Assembly (NCBI RefSeq): GCF_009914755.1
Contig: NC_060931.1
Reading direction: 5' to 3' (one strand)
DNA: 64,000 bases
From: the human T2T-CHM13v2.0 reference genome, Homo sapiens
A model generated the notes under the pieces. It saw only the letters and a program-made list of their open reading frames with translations. It had not been told where the DNA came from and did not search any database. Both the position numbers and the translations under genes were made by a program. How positions within the stretch are numbered: the first letter of the stretch is position 1; each line of letters starts with the position of its first letter. Positions 30,527 to 44,582 of this stretch are shown piece by piece.

Positions 30527-30985
30527 TTTTTTTTTTCTGTCTTTTCTATTTCAATGACTATTTCTCTTATTTTCTTCCTCCTACTAATTTGTTCTTTTTT
30601 GCTTTTTGAGCTGGGATCATTGATTTTAAAGTTTTATCCTTTCCAATATATTGGAAATATATATCCAAAAATTACAACATTCTTTCTTAGTACTGTTTTA
30701 GCTTCATAGCACAAAATTTTAGTATGTAGTGTTTTTGATTTACATTCATATCAAAATATATTCTAGCATCCTTTGTATTTTTGTTTTTACTAATACTTAG
30801 ATGTTTGCAGCTTTATTTCCAAATATTGCTGTTGATTTCAAACTTTATTCTAATCTTGTCAGAGAACGTGTGTGTCTGAGAAATGCATAGTTATTGCTCT
30901 CTGTAGTGAGAGATACAGATGAGAATGAGAACAGTTGAAATGAGCCCACTGATTTCAGTAGGGTGACAAGAGTGAAAAAGGCTAA

Positions 30986-31342
<357 letters not shown>

Positions 31343-31359
31343 ACCTTCTTTTATTTCTA

Positions 31360-32040
31360 ATGTCAGTTCTTTGAAATGTATTGACATTGTTTCATGGCAC
31401 AACATACGGTATAACTTGTGACTATTCTGCATATACTTGTAAACAATATTTATTTTCAAGTTGTGTGTAGTGCTCTCTAAATATCATTTGGTCCAGTTTC
31501 TCAATATATGTATTCAAATTTTCTATTTTCTTAATGACTTTTCTCTGATTTTTAAATAAATTACTAAAAATGGAGTAAGTTCTCCAACCATAATTTTGGA
31601 TTTATTTATTTCCCCTTTTCTATCTGACAATGTTTGCTTTTGTCTTACTTTTTGTTTACTTTTCCCCATCCTTTTTCTTCCTGCTTTCTTTTGTATTGAT
31701 TGAGTATATTTTAGCATTTCATTTATCCCCTATTTTGGGTTTTTAGTACTGAGTCTTGGTTTTATTGTTTTTAGTCTCTGGGGATAATAACATGCATTCT
31801 TAATTTATTGCAATCAAACTCGAATTACTTTTATATTGATTCACATATAATGTAAGACATTTACAATACCCCCATCATTTGTGCTATCATTATCATGAAT
31901 TTACTTCTCTAATGTTATAAACCCCACGAAACATTGCTAGTATTTTACTTTAAAAATCAATATCCCTTTAAACAAATGAAGAAAAAATATTTTATATATA
32001 TTCACATATTTCTGGCACTCTTATTCCTTTCTTATTCCAA
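31360..32040 (-). mobile_element. Old L1M fragment (ORF2 5' part toward ORF1)
   Basis: TCTCCAACCATAATTTTGGATTTATTTATTTCCCC, TTTGTGCTATCATTATCAT antisense L1 motifs. Confidence 0.65.
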
Positions 32041-32064
32041 ATTAAATAAATGAGAGAAATTACC

Positions 32065-33490
32065 ATCCGTGTATGTCTCAAGTCTTTGAGAGCAGCACTG
32101 ATAGCTTTGATTTACCACAGATGGTATAGTTTATGGTTTACTAGTTTGGCAGCGTTGAGAAGCTTGAGCCGCTTCTTCTTCCTGTGATGATGGTTTTGAC
32201 TTCAGGATTCAGGGAGCCAGTGTGGGTTTTTAGCAATTTCTAATTGTCACTACTTACTGAGACCACTGTGAGATAAACTCAGGGCAAAATTCCTTTATTT
32301 CATCAGACTTCATAACCCCTTATTCTGATCAGTGATATTCTATGTCTCCAGGGATTATTGCTAGTTTAAAGCCAATGTCCCATAATCCTGAAAGGTCTGG
32401 GTTTTTCTTTCCCAGTGCTCAATCACTCTAGTAAATAGCTGCAAGTGGAGGAAGATTTGTAGTACACGTTTATCTTATAAAATATCATTGCAGGATTTTC
32501 CCCCAAGGATATCCCCTTTTCTAGTAATTGCATGAGAAATGCAACTCTCTTGTGGAACATAGATCAAGCTTCTTTTTTCACCAGACCTAAAGTTGTATTC
32601 ATTAAAGAGACCAAGTGGTGCCTTAGTGTACTTTTCATCTATTTCAATCTTAGAGACTCATGATCCATTAGCCACTAGCAAAGATCCCCATGGATGAAAC
32701 AATTCTCTCTCCTGTTCTAAAATTGTGTCTATTATGGTAACCCTAGCTTCATTATCTCTGGCAGTAAAATGCTGCCATGCAGATTTCATTATTGCCACTA
32801 AAATGAGAGGAGTGAGCATAGTTAGAGGGTAGGTGAGTGTATTGCTCATGATAAATCTATTCAAACATCCCTACTTCTTTTTGTATTTGATTTCTGCTTG
32901 TGTATAATATCAAGAAGTGTTCAGCAGGTCACTTCATTCATTGTAGACAACAGTTGAACTCTGCTTTTAGTTAACCAACTAAGGAGCCACTCACAAGGGC
33001 TCAAGCTATCATATTGAATCAAGAATATTTGGTAAATGTCCCATATTGATAAGTTTTGCCTTATCTAAATATTTTTCTCGCCATGGTCTACCACTGAAGA
33101 CTTTTCAAACATATTCCCCAGCTTTCTGCTCATACATGTTAGTGCAGACTTCAATTATTTTGACATGTAAGTCTTCTTTTCATGGTTTTACCTGGTAATT
33201 GCCCTCTTGGGCACATGGAGACCTGGTGCTGAATAGAACTTTGGAGGTCATGGAGTGTAGTAATGGTGGAGCATAAAGATAACCAGCAAAAAACTCAGAA
33301 ATCCATACAGGATCTCCAAACAAAGTAAATCAGTCTCTTCAGAAGAAATGGAGAAGCTGCTTCTGCTCAGTACAGTTTGAATTTGGGATACTGAGAGTCA
33401 TTGCAATCTTCCTAAATGTTATTAATCTAATTCCCTGAACCCCACTTGTTTTTCCAAATGGAAGCCCTAACCTTTGCATAAAATCTTCAA
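32065..33490 (-). mobile_element. Degenerate ERVL internal region, gag to start of pol
   Basis: Minus-strand reading gives NMYEQKAGEYV / VDHGEKNI.LDKAKLINMGHL (33031-33149, frameshifted; ERVL gag GEYVWEW..WDNGGRNIKLDQAEFIDMGPL) and LVNHKLYHLW*IKAISAALKDL (~32070-32145; ERVL pol IVNQKQY..IAEISATIKDL). Confidence 0.75.
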
Positions 33491-33491
33491 A

Positions 33492-33745
33492 CAGTTAGAT
33501 AGGATAAATAAATTCTAATGTTTGATAGCAGAGTAGCATGATGATACTTAGCAACAATATTATGTATATTTCAAAGTAACTAGAAGAGAGACTTAAAATG
33601 ATACCAACACATAAAAGTAATAAACACTTAAGGTGACATATACCTCGAATACCCTGACTTGATCATGACACAATGTATGTCTATAACCAACATTCACATA
33701 TAGCCCATAAATATGTAAAACATTGGAACATTTTCATTAATGCAA
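33492..33745 (+). mobile_element. L1MA 3' end fragment
   Basis: GTATATTTCAAAGTAACTAGAAGAGAG, TACCCTGACTTGATCAT, CCCATAAATATGTA. Confidence 0.85.
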
Positions 33746-34291
33746 AATATTTAAACCCATCAAGGCTAAAAGTTTTTCTTGCTTTAGCAATTGTTTTAAA
33801 TAAAAATCAAGATGTAAAAATATGAATAAAACAAATCGCAGTCATTCTGAAAAATAATTCTCTGTAAAATTTCTTTAAAAACACATGTGAACATCTAATA
33901 AATTATTTTATTTAAATAAATGAAACACCTTCAATAAGCTGTATTGAATCTACATTATAGGTTGCAGAATCAGACTCTGCATCTAAATTTGAGGTACAAG
34001 AGATGAAAGGTTTTTTTCTCTGATGCTACCTTGAGTTGAGAATGTAGAGACCTGAGCCTGTCATATTCTTCCTTTAGCTCTCAAGTACAACTAAACACAG
34101 TCAGGCTATCCAAAAGTTTTGTATTCTTCATGCTCATCATTCTGTGATGCACCAGATGCCATATGATCTGCCAAAGCCTGGCCTTTAACAGGCACTTTAT
34201 TCCAGCCAGGAATAAAGTTAAAAGGAACAGTCCTTTTAAGGAAATGCTTTGCTACTGGCTGCCAGACTGGTGGTATTTTATCCTCTCCTTG

Positions 34292-34646
34292 TGTATTAGT
34301 CTGTTCTCTTGCTGCTATGAAGAAAGACCTAAGGCTGGGTAATTTATAAAGAAAAGAGCATGCCTGGGGAGGCCTCAGGAAACTTAGAATCATGATGGAA
34401 GGCACCTCTTCACAGGGAGGCAGGAGAGAGAATGAGTGCCAAGCAAAGGGGAAAGCCCCCTATAAAGCCATCAGCTCTTGTGAGAACTCACTCACTATCA
34501 TGAGAACAGCATGGGAGAAACCATTCCCATGATTCAATTACCTCCAGCTGGTCCTACCCTTGACATGTGGGGATTATTACAATTCAAGGTGAGATTTGGC
34601 ATGTGGCGGGGGGAGGGGGTGGGGGACACAGAGCTAAACTGTATCA
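34292..34646 (-). mobile_element. MaLR solo LTR, THE1C-like
   Basis: TGTATTAGTCTGTTCTC...GGCACCTCTTCACAGGG...AAACTGTATCA; TSD CCTTG/CCTTT. Confidence 0.9.
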
Positions 34647-34886
34647 CCTTTTAACCAGATCCTCATGTCTTCAAATCAGGTCAGGTAAGATGACCCATTC
34701 CAGAGTCTATGAATTCTCATTTTTTTTTTTTGCCTGGCCAAAATTTTTATTAGTGATATTTCAAACATGTATAACACAGAGAATAATGTAAATTCTATGA
34801 ACTCATCACCTACTTTTAATCATTACCAAAATAATTATTTGTTTTGTTTATACCTCCATCTCTTCTCCATCCTCTGGATTATTATT

Positions 34887-35678
34887 ATTATTATTATTAT
34901 ATTTATATATATATATTTATTATACTCTAAGTTCTAGGGTACATGTGCACAACGTGCAGGTTTGCTACATATGTATACCTGTGCCATGTTGTTGTGCTGC
35001 ACCCATTAACTCGTCATTTACATTAGGTATATCTCCTAATGCTATCCCTCCCCCCTCCCCCCACCCCACAACAGGCCGTGGTGTGTGATGTTCCCCTTCC
35101 TGTGTCTCATTATTCAATTCCCACCTATGAGTGAGAACATGCGGTGTTTGGTTTTTTGTTCTTGCGATAGTTTGCGAGAATGATGGTTTCCAGCTTCATC
35201 CATGTCCCTACAAAGGACATGAACTCATCATTTTTTATGGCTGCATAGTATTCCATGGTGTATATGTGCCACATTTTCTTAATCCAGTCTATCATTGTTG
35301 GACATCTGGGTTGGTTCCAAGTCTTTGCTATTGTGAATAGTGCCACAATAAACATATGTGTTTATGCAGCCAACAGACACATGAAAAAAACCTCATCATC
35401 ACTGGCCATCAGAGAAATGCAAATCAAAACCGCAATGAGATACCATCTCACACCAGTTAGAATGGCAATCATTAAAAAGTCAGGAAACAACAGGTGCTGG
35501 AGAGGATATGGAGAAATAGGAACACTTTTACACTGTTGGTGGGACTGTAAACTAGTTCAACCATTGTGGAAGACAGTGTGGCGATTCCTCAGGGATACAG
35601 AACTAGAAACAGCATTTGACCCAGCCGCCCCATTACTGGGTATATACCCAAGGGATTATAAATCATGCTGCTATAAAG
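34887..35678 (-). mobile_element. 5'-truncated, 5'-inverted L1PA (about L1PA4-5)
   Basis: 3' UTR and tail on the minus strand to 35361, ORF2 C-terminal segment on the plus strand 35361-35678; TSD GGATTATTATT / GGATTCTTATT. Confidence 0.93.
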
Positions 35679-35699
35679 GATTCTTATTTCTTAAGTGCC

Positions 35700-36315
35700 T
35701 TGTCTCTGACATAACAAATCAGCTACAATCCAGTTGCAAACTCAGAAAAAAGCACAGCTATTTTTTTAAAATCATAGGGATTTATGAAATTAGGACTTTA
35801 AAAATTTCATGAAAGTATTAGAAGCCTCTAGGTGAGATCTTTAGGAATTGTTGCTTGAAAAACACCACAGCATGGACCAAACCAAGAAATGCTTACCTGT
35901 GGCACAATCTGGAAGTTGAAGGATCAAGAATCTACTCTACCAGCTATTAGCTTCAAGACCTTACTGCATTGATTGCAATCCATGAGACAGAAAGCTTTCC
36001 CCAGTCTGTTTTCACTGGCAAGATGATGCAATCAGTGAATTAATCAGGAAGTCCCTACTGGAATTTTAGACTCCAGAACTACATCACATCTATTGCATTT
36101 ACACAAGAAAAATGAAAGGCTGTCTTTCTGCTTCAGTCTTTCTCCCACTTAGTTTAAAATCCATGTCAGTTTGAGAGCACTTAATTAGAAAAATCAGTCA
36201 CATCCAGAAACCAATCTGCATGGGATTATGGAAAATGTCACATTTATTATTACAGTCTCTACTGAACAGAAGGAAGCACTAGATGCTGAGCAAGCCAATG
36301 TAGCATAATTCCACA
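35700..36315. mobile_element. Probable ancient LTR remnant
   Basis: AGTCACAT...CTGCATGGGATTATGGAAAATGT...GCTGAGCAAGCCAATGTAGCATAATTCCACA resembles old MaLR/LTR78-group ends. Confidence 0.4.
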
Positions 36316-36319
36316 AGTA

Positions 36320-37245
36320 CCTTTCTGTCTTCCTCAGTATTTGACACTGAGTATCACACCCTTACGTGAAACACCATTCTCTCTTGAGTTCTGTGATGCT
36401 ATACCTTTAAATTTCCTCTCACCTCCAGAATACATCCTTTTAATTTTTTATTGCTCTCTTTCTTTCCTTTATTTATAATTAAATATTGGAAGATTCACAG
36501 CCCTCTATCTCAGACCACAATTTTGTCTCCTTCTCCAGATAATGTCATTTGCTTATCACAATTCCATATGTCCAGCTCCATGCATTATTGGAGCTATAGT
36601 TTAGTATATCTAATTTTCTACCAAATATCTCCAATTCTATATCTCTTTAAGATCTCTAAATTAACTATGCAAAACTGAATTTTTGAATCTTCAATTATTG
36701 CCTCCATATTATTTAAAACTACCCTACTTCTTGACCCTTCTTTCACTTTCAAACAGATCAAGGTCTTTCCCATCTCAGGACCTTTTCACATGATCTTCTG
36801 ACTTCTGCATGGCTGGTTCATTTTATCCTGTTGCTCTTATTTAAAATTTTATTTTCTCTTTAAGGTCAAGAAAGGGTCTGGCCACTTTAACTAAATTAGT
36901 GAATCTATTATTCTTTTATACTCTATCTCAGAAATTTTTGACTGCCTTCATTTTTTAATTTTTTTAAACAAACATTTATTTTTAAACATATATAATATGT
37001 TTTAAAAATATATAAACATGTTTATGTTTACATAAATATATAAACATATATATTTATTATAAACCTTCCCCTACAAGGGAAAACTTGATCTTCTACTGTA
37101 GTAGTAACTTATGGTACTGTAGTGACCTGATCTTCTACTGCAAGGGATTGGTAAGTAACTTGACCTATTGTGTTCAATGCTGAAAACCTAGTCCCAAGTA
37201 TAGTGTATATGACACTGTTGTATGTTTAATATTTGTTGAATAAAT
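36320..37245 (+). mobile_element. L2 LINE 3' region, degraded
   Basis: CAGTATTTGACACTG, CATCTCAGGACCTTTTCACATG, terminal TAATATTTGTTGAATAAAT. Confidence 0.65.
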
Positions 37246-37603
37246 AGAGAACAATAAGGATAGATAAGTGGAAAGTTCCCTAGACACTATATCTTCTTCA
37301 GTGTAACATATTCTACAACAGAAATGCAAATTCATCTTGCTTTAAAAATATTCATATCATTTTCAAGTGGGTGTTTATTGTTTTCCCTTTTTCTTTTTAT
37401 CAAGTGGATCTTTCTAATTACCATTCTTCTTTTCCTATTTTATTCACCCTACATGTCAGGAGAACCTATGCATTCTTCTTCCCACCTGGGGCTAAGGGTT
37501 TTATTTTATTTTCAGAATTATAGTTTTTACAGTAGGTTTCTTACTATCTGTCTTTTTATATTTCAATATAAGTCCATGTTAAAATTTTTAACTGAAAACA
37601 GAA

Positions 37604-38092
37604 TTTCAAAAAGTATGAAGGGTATGAGTTTTCACTCTACATGCAAGGAACAAGTTAATCCATCACAGTTTCATAGGTGCTGGCAGAAGAACAACACACC
37701 TGAGCCAGAGATAAAGGGCCGTTTATTACAGTAATAGAAGTATCTAGAGTATCATCAGTTTCTTACTCTGGTTTTTGAAGCCCAAGTTCCCACAGGGCAG
37801 TGAAATACGTCTGGATGAAGCCTGCACATGCAGTAGGTTGTGTAACAGGAAAGGGACCTGAAGTTCAGGGAGCCCTCATCTAAGATGGCAGTAAACAAAC
37901 TTGTCTGGTATTTTCCCTGGAGGGAAACACATTCTGTATTATATTGGACAGTAAACGAACCTGCCATTTTCTCCAGAGGGAAACATTCTCCAGATTTTTC
38001 AACACTGCTGTGCACACAAACATCCTTCAGAAGATGATTGGTGCTTCAGCTTGCAGGGCATGTAGAATGTGAGAGACCTATGGAGAACTGTG
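37604..38092 (-). mobile_element. Second LTR40-like solo LTR
   Basis: CACAGTTTCATAGGTGCTGGCAGAAG, GGACAGTAAAC, GAGACCTATGGAGAA shared with 19804-20335. Confidence 0.7.
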
Positions 38093-38514
38093 AAACTTTC
38101 AGTAATGTAATTATTGTAAGCAAGTCTCTCATTAAACTGTAAAATGTAAACGACTCATTCATTCATCTGTAAATAAGTATCGAAGATTTGTTGTATTCCA
38201 GGATAGAACCCTAAAGAGACACAACCCCTGACTTCATAGAGCTTATATTCTTCTATACAGATATAAATAAATAAAAAACAAATATATTAAAAATGCATTA
38301 TGCTATGATAAGATATATCATCTTAGGCATGACATGAAATGATGTGTTGTAACAACATAGTATCACATCATGTAGTATGTAAAGTAAATGTGCTTATAAA
38401 TCCATTTTGTTTCTAAGAGGGTCAGAGATAGTATATTTAAAGAGAAAAAATTCTTTTCACAGCAAAGAAAATTCTAAAAGGATATTTCTGTTGCTAATTA
38501 TATATGGGCTACTC

Positions 38515-38821
<307 letters not shown>

Positions 38822-39473
38822 ATGGGATACTCTTTTTAAAAAGATTGAAAATTTTAAGTATTATTTATATTTAATTAAACGATTTCATAGTAAACTTAAA
38901 ACATGTTAATGTGTTGTAAAATCAAACAACTATGTGAAAATAAATATAAAAATATTTAAAACAAATGAATAATTGACCTGCATTCCCTAGAACTTTTAAC
39001 TAATGCCCAGACACTGTCTCGTGCCAGGCAGTGCATCTTCCTTTGAGAGGTTCGGTTGGTCATACCACCCACAAGCTTTTGATCATTACCTACATATGCA
39101 GTGGTCATGTCAGTAGCTAATTGCCCAAGTTAACTTTCTTCATTTTTCTTGTTAAAAAGAGATTTTTTAAAATGAGCTCAATATATCAGCCTTTTTAGCA
39201 GAATTATTAATAATACGTATACCCTCATTCATTATTTGGTGTTTCTTTTTTTCTGAGCTCTTCCTTCTCTGATAATCTGTAAAGCATCTCAAAGACTGTT
39301 AAAAATCATTTTGCTCTCACTTTACTTTGTTAACCCTTTTACCTGCAAGTACAAAAAATAGATACTGTATAGTCTATTCTTTCTTTATTCTGGCCTTAAG
39401 TTGACCAAATTTGCCAAATTTATTCACTTGAATTTTAAAGCTTAAAATACTATTTTTAGCGTAAGAAGAATAG

Positions 39474-39671
<198 letters not shown>

Positions 39672-39746
39672 TAAACATGTATATATGAAAAAGTGAAATA
39701 AAATACACAAAGCATAAGAATCAATAGCACAACAAAAACACACTCA

Positions 39747-39815
39747 AAATATCTCATGTATGCCATAAATATATACACCTACTATGTATCCATGAAAATT
39801 AAAAATTAAAATAAT
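39747..39815 (+). mobile_element. Extreme 3' tail of an L1MA/L1PB
   Basis: AAAATATCTCATGTATGCCATAAATATATACACCTACTATGTATCCA. Confidence 0.75.
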
Positions 39816-40283
39816 GCAGTAGTTTAAGTGGAAATCTTACTGTAATTTCCTAGAAGCCAATGTCAAAAAGAAAACATAATACTTAAAAAAAAAAAACTTT
39901 CATTATATTCCCCAAGCAAGCATTTCCTCCCTGGTGCTAAAGTTTAAAAGAAATTTCCTGTTTCAACTATCATACAGAAACATTGAATAAAACAATGTGA
40001 TTTTTTACCACATTACTTAACCTTCCTGACTCATGTTCTTCATTTGCAAAATAGGTTAAGTATTGTATATCTTCCAATGTTGGTAAGATAATAAATTACA
40101 AAATTTAGCTTTCATTCAACAAATATTATCTAAGTTTCTTAGAATTTCAGGCATAGTTCTAGATGCTGAAGATAAGCAGTGAACCAGCAAGTGTCTGCCT
40201 CAGGAGTTTGTGTTTTACAAGGAAAGGGAGAAAATAAACACATGAAAAGGCTATAGCACAGCAGAAAACAGTTAGTGTTTTGA

Positions 40284-40648
<365 letters not shown>

Positions 40649-40694
40649 AGGAGTATGTGTTTTAAATAATCTGCAAATAATATGCTCAGGCTAA

Positions 40695-41002
<308 letters not shown>

Positions 41003-42144
41003 TAGTGAAATTTGATTAGAGACGTGAATGATCTAAGGGAGAAAACCACAGAAAAATTTTGACAAGAAGGGTTTTTGCAAGATGGCAAGAACAGTGTCCC
41101 TAGAGGAGGAATAAGCACACATTTGGGCAATGCTGAGAATGCTAGTCGGCCAAAGAATAAATGAAGAGAGGAACGGGCTGGGAGAATAGGAGAAGAGGTC
41201 CAAGACGCAGGCAGGGGTAAATCTGGGAGAGCTTTTTATCTATGGCAAGGAGTTTGGACTTTATTCTGAATGTAATTGGAAACCACTGGGAGGCTTTGAT
41301 CTATGATATGACTTCATGTCTTAAAAAAAAAAAGTCACTAGGACACTTCTGTTGTGTACTGGCTATTGATCTTGCAGCATAACAGGAATATAACCCTGGA
41401 TGTCAGTAAGTTAGCTTTCAGGATACTTCAGGAGGCTTAGCCTAGGGAGGTTGCTTAAGGTTGTGAGAAGGGGTCGAGTTTATACTGTGCTTTGAGCATC
41501 AATATTAGGATCTGATGTTGATGGAGCAGATGGGATGTATCACTAAGAAAAATAAGGATGACTCCATGGAGAAGCAGGTTTTGGAGGGAAGTCTATCGTT
41601 CTGGTTCGGACATTTGAAGTTAGGCATACCCATTATTCATCCAAGTGGAGATGGCTTATAGATGGTTGAACATACCAGTCTGGGGCTCAGGGAACAGTCA
41701 GGGCTGTGGGTATCACTGAAAGCCATAGGTTTATGTAATATTCGCTAGTGAGTGAATATACATAAAGAGAAGAGGGCCAAGGATTTAGCACTGGGACATT
41801 CCAACATTTAAAGGACAGAAAGAATATGAGAAGTCTGGAAAAGTGACTGAAAACAAGCATTCAATATAATGCAAGGAAAACCAGGGGAATGGAATATCCT
41901 AGAAGATGCATGGAAAAACTTGTTTCAGAAGTAGAAAGACAACCTTTAATGCCCAATGCTGCTGAGATCAAGTAAGTAAAGGCTAAGAATAGTCTTTGGA
42001 TTTGGCAGGATGGAGACCTTTGGTGACCTTGGTATAGTGAGTTTGAAAGCCTGGATGATGTCAGTTTAGGAGAATGTGGGTGGTGAGGAAATGGAGATAT
42101 GAAATACACACAACTCTTATGTCATTTTCTGGAAAGATTTTACA

Positions 42145-42945
42145 CTTCGACTCCCATACAGTTTTGAACCTAACTCTTTTCCAGACCTCCTTGATCTTGA
42201 ACTTCCAATCTTTCTCCTTCCAGGTCCCTGAACAACCAGCCAAGACAGTAACTACAGCCTGTGGACATTTCATCCAGGCCACTTCATTTTTCCTACAAAG
42301 TAGACAACCAGGTGCATCATGCCTAAAGTTCTGCCCACTGGGAAGAATACTCTTCACTACTGTCTTTCAAGGTCATCCCTGAGTTAAGCAGCAGAGCATC
42401 TTCATTTCATCTGTGCATATATTAAGCACTAGCTTTTTCCTCCTCTGCTAGCTGGCCATACAGGACTCTGTACAGCCATAGGTATGAGCAACAGGTATGA
42501 ATAAGAGACACCAGTACAATGGTGGTGATGACAGGAGTCTGCTCTTTGACCCTGCTCTGGCCTGATCCCAGCTGTACAACTTCTCCCTTACAATGTATTG
42601 CTGGGCCCACTGAACCTTATTTTTGGGGAAGCCTCACAGAGCCCAGCTCATGATAGTTAGCTCTGACTGCATAATCAATTCATGCCTAGTGGTCACATGT
42701 TCATTCTCTTCTAGAGCCCAGGAGCATGTCAGCTCCTATTTTTTTTTAAGAGGTATATAATTTTTATGCTAAAGACATCATGGTTTTGCTTCAGAAACTA
42801 GGGGCTCCATATTATCATCATTCTCCTGGGGATTGCCATAAATTCCATGTGGTCTCATTTTTAAACTACAGATACATCTAAAACCAGAGTCTATAATCCC
42901 CATCTCAGATGCTGCTTCCTGAAGAGCCCAACTGCAGCAGGCCTC
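42145..42945 (-). mobile_element. Degenerate ERVL pol fragment (RT connection and RNase H)
   Basis: LAGCSGTWKEKDWKFKIKEVW in ORF 42061-42357 matches ERVL LAGWSGTWKEHDWKIGDKEIW; a decayed PLGFWSK motif lies at ~42782-42808. Confidence 0.8.
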
Positions 42946-43668
42946 TAATGTCTTTCATCTTTTAAGTTTTAAAGCAATAGATATGCTGTAATGAAACCAT
43001 TATTCCCCTTACATAATAAAGCCTAGACGAAAACTTGAAATCATTTATTCAATAAAATATAAAATTAAAATAATGCAGCCTCATTATACTAGTACTAACT
43101 TGCTGTTTTTTTGTTTGATTTTTATTTTATTTTTTTAAATCAGGAAGATTACACCACTGAGGCTTCACTGATATGTAGTACATTAAGAGTGAGAGTAGAT
43201 AGGTTATTGTGACAAATGACAATGGTAAATACTAACAAATTGTTACAGTTTACTCAGTTGAGGGCCACACAGTCAGTTTTAAGATATTTTGTCACATTAA
43301 TTGCTGATAAATAACCCCAAATATGCTATCATGTAGATTTGGGATTGAATTTACCTTTTCATTTTTAAACAAAATAATCTCAAAGCTAGAATCTGTTTAT
43401 CTGGATAATCTACAACAAAATCTAGAAGCTAGATCCATAACTTTGACATATTTAATGTGTTTTCTAGATGAAAAGCTATTGGTCTTTAATTATCTCTCAA
43501 GCCAACTTATTTAATATAACACTATTTTGCCAAAAAGTTCATGTGACACAACAGAAAAAAAAAACCCATTGAAAGCTTAATCATATTTTCTTTAGAACAT
43601 ATTATAACATATTATAATTCTAAGGTACAGTTTTAAAGGAAATTTCTAAAAGAAAGAATGTTACATGT

Positions 43669-43851
43669 GCTTTAACCTATAGAACTGATCCTGTGCAGTC
43701 TCTTAGTTCAAGAAAAGGAAAAAAAAATTACTTCCGATTAATCAGTAGATCACTGACAGTAAAGCTCTAACCTATAGAACTGACCCTGTGGAGTCCCTTA
43801 GTTCAAGAAAAAAAATACTTCCAGTTAATCAGTAGATCACTGACAGTAAAG
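43669..43851 (+). repeat. Two-copy tandem duplication (~95 and ~88 bp)
   Basis: TAACCTATAGAACTGA...TTAATCAGTAGATCACTGACAGTAAAG repeated, copies start at 43669 and 43764. Confidence 0.95.
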
Positions 43852-44279
43852 TTGCTAATGATACCTTGAGCTTTTAAATTGTATTACTTTATATGCTAGA
43901 CCAACCAGTGATTTTCAAAATGTGCTGTACAAGGGAGGTGAAAATGCATTGGTCAGGGCCAAATTCAGCCCCAGCCTTATTTCAATCTTTATGAACAAAG
44001 CAACTCTGCTTTTGTCTGTTTCACATTGTAAGCTCCTGAAAAGGAGTAGCTTCGGAAGATGATCTCGGGGAGATTGCAGTCCTAAGCACATGGCACTGTC
44101 CATACAGCTGACTTGATCTGTGCTGAAACTGTAAATTTCTACAAGCCTATTAAGGTCAAACCCTGTGTTAAAAATTTGGGTGTTATAATCAATATCTCTG
44201 TGCGAGTTGACTTGTTGGTTATGTTGATGAGAGGTTTTTGGTGAGGAAAAAGAAGAGACATCCAAAAGGTGGATTTTGA

Positions 44280-44582
44280 GGCCAGGGGAGGTGGCTCATG
44301 CCCGTAATCCCAACACTCTGGGAGGCCAAGGCAGGAAGATAATTTGAAGTCAGGAGTTTGAGACCAGCCATGGTCAACATAGTGAAACCCCATCTCTACA
44401 GAAAATACAAAAATTAGCTGGACCTGGTGGCACACGCCTGTAATCCCAGATTCTTGGGAGGCAGAGGTAGGAGAACTGCATGAACTCAAGGGGCAGAGGT
44501 GCAGTGAGCCAAGATCCTGCCACTGCATTCCAGCCTGGATGACAGAGCAAGACTCCATCTCAAAAATAAATAAATAAATTTT
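44280..44582 (+). mobile_element. AluJ-like
   Basis: Diverged full Alu; TSD AAAAGGTGGATTTT / AAAAGGTAGATTTT. Confidence 0.94.

Larger units (their letters stand above)
28030..30870 (-). mobile_element. Old L1M (L1MC/MD/ME-like) 3' UTR into ORF2, fragmented
   Basis: T-rich antisense L1 motifs: TATGTATTCTTTTGTGTCTGGCTTC, TTGAGTCTTCTGATACAT, GGGAAAGCATTTAACTT, GATGTTGAATTTTATCAAATGC. Confidence 0.8.

Noticed and set aside
32658-32864. Considered as an endogenous bornavirus-like or other non-retroviral viral element
   Set aside because: Surrounding minus-strand motifs match ERVL gag/pol instead; no bornavirus N motifs recognised.
35255-35812. 185-aa ORF, the longest in the track
   Set aside because: Artefact of the inverted L1: antisense L1 joined to ORF2p C-terminal sequence and random flank.
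37324-37734. 136-aa hydrophobic ORF resembling a membrane protein
   Set aside because: Phe/Leu/Ile richness follows from T-rich DNA and the ORF runs into an LTR; no domain recognised.
43669-43851. Repeat-spacer (CRISPR-like) reading of the tandem repeats here and at 60675
   Set aside because: Only two or three adjacent copies with no unique spacers, in a primate genome with no cas genes.
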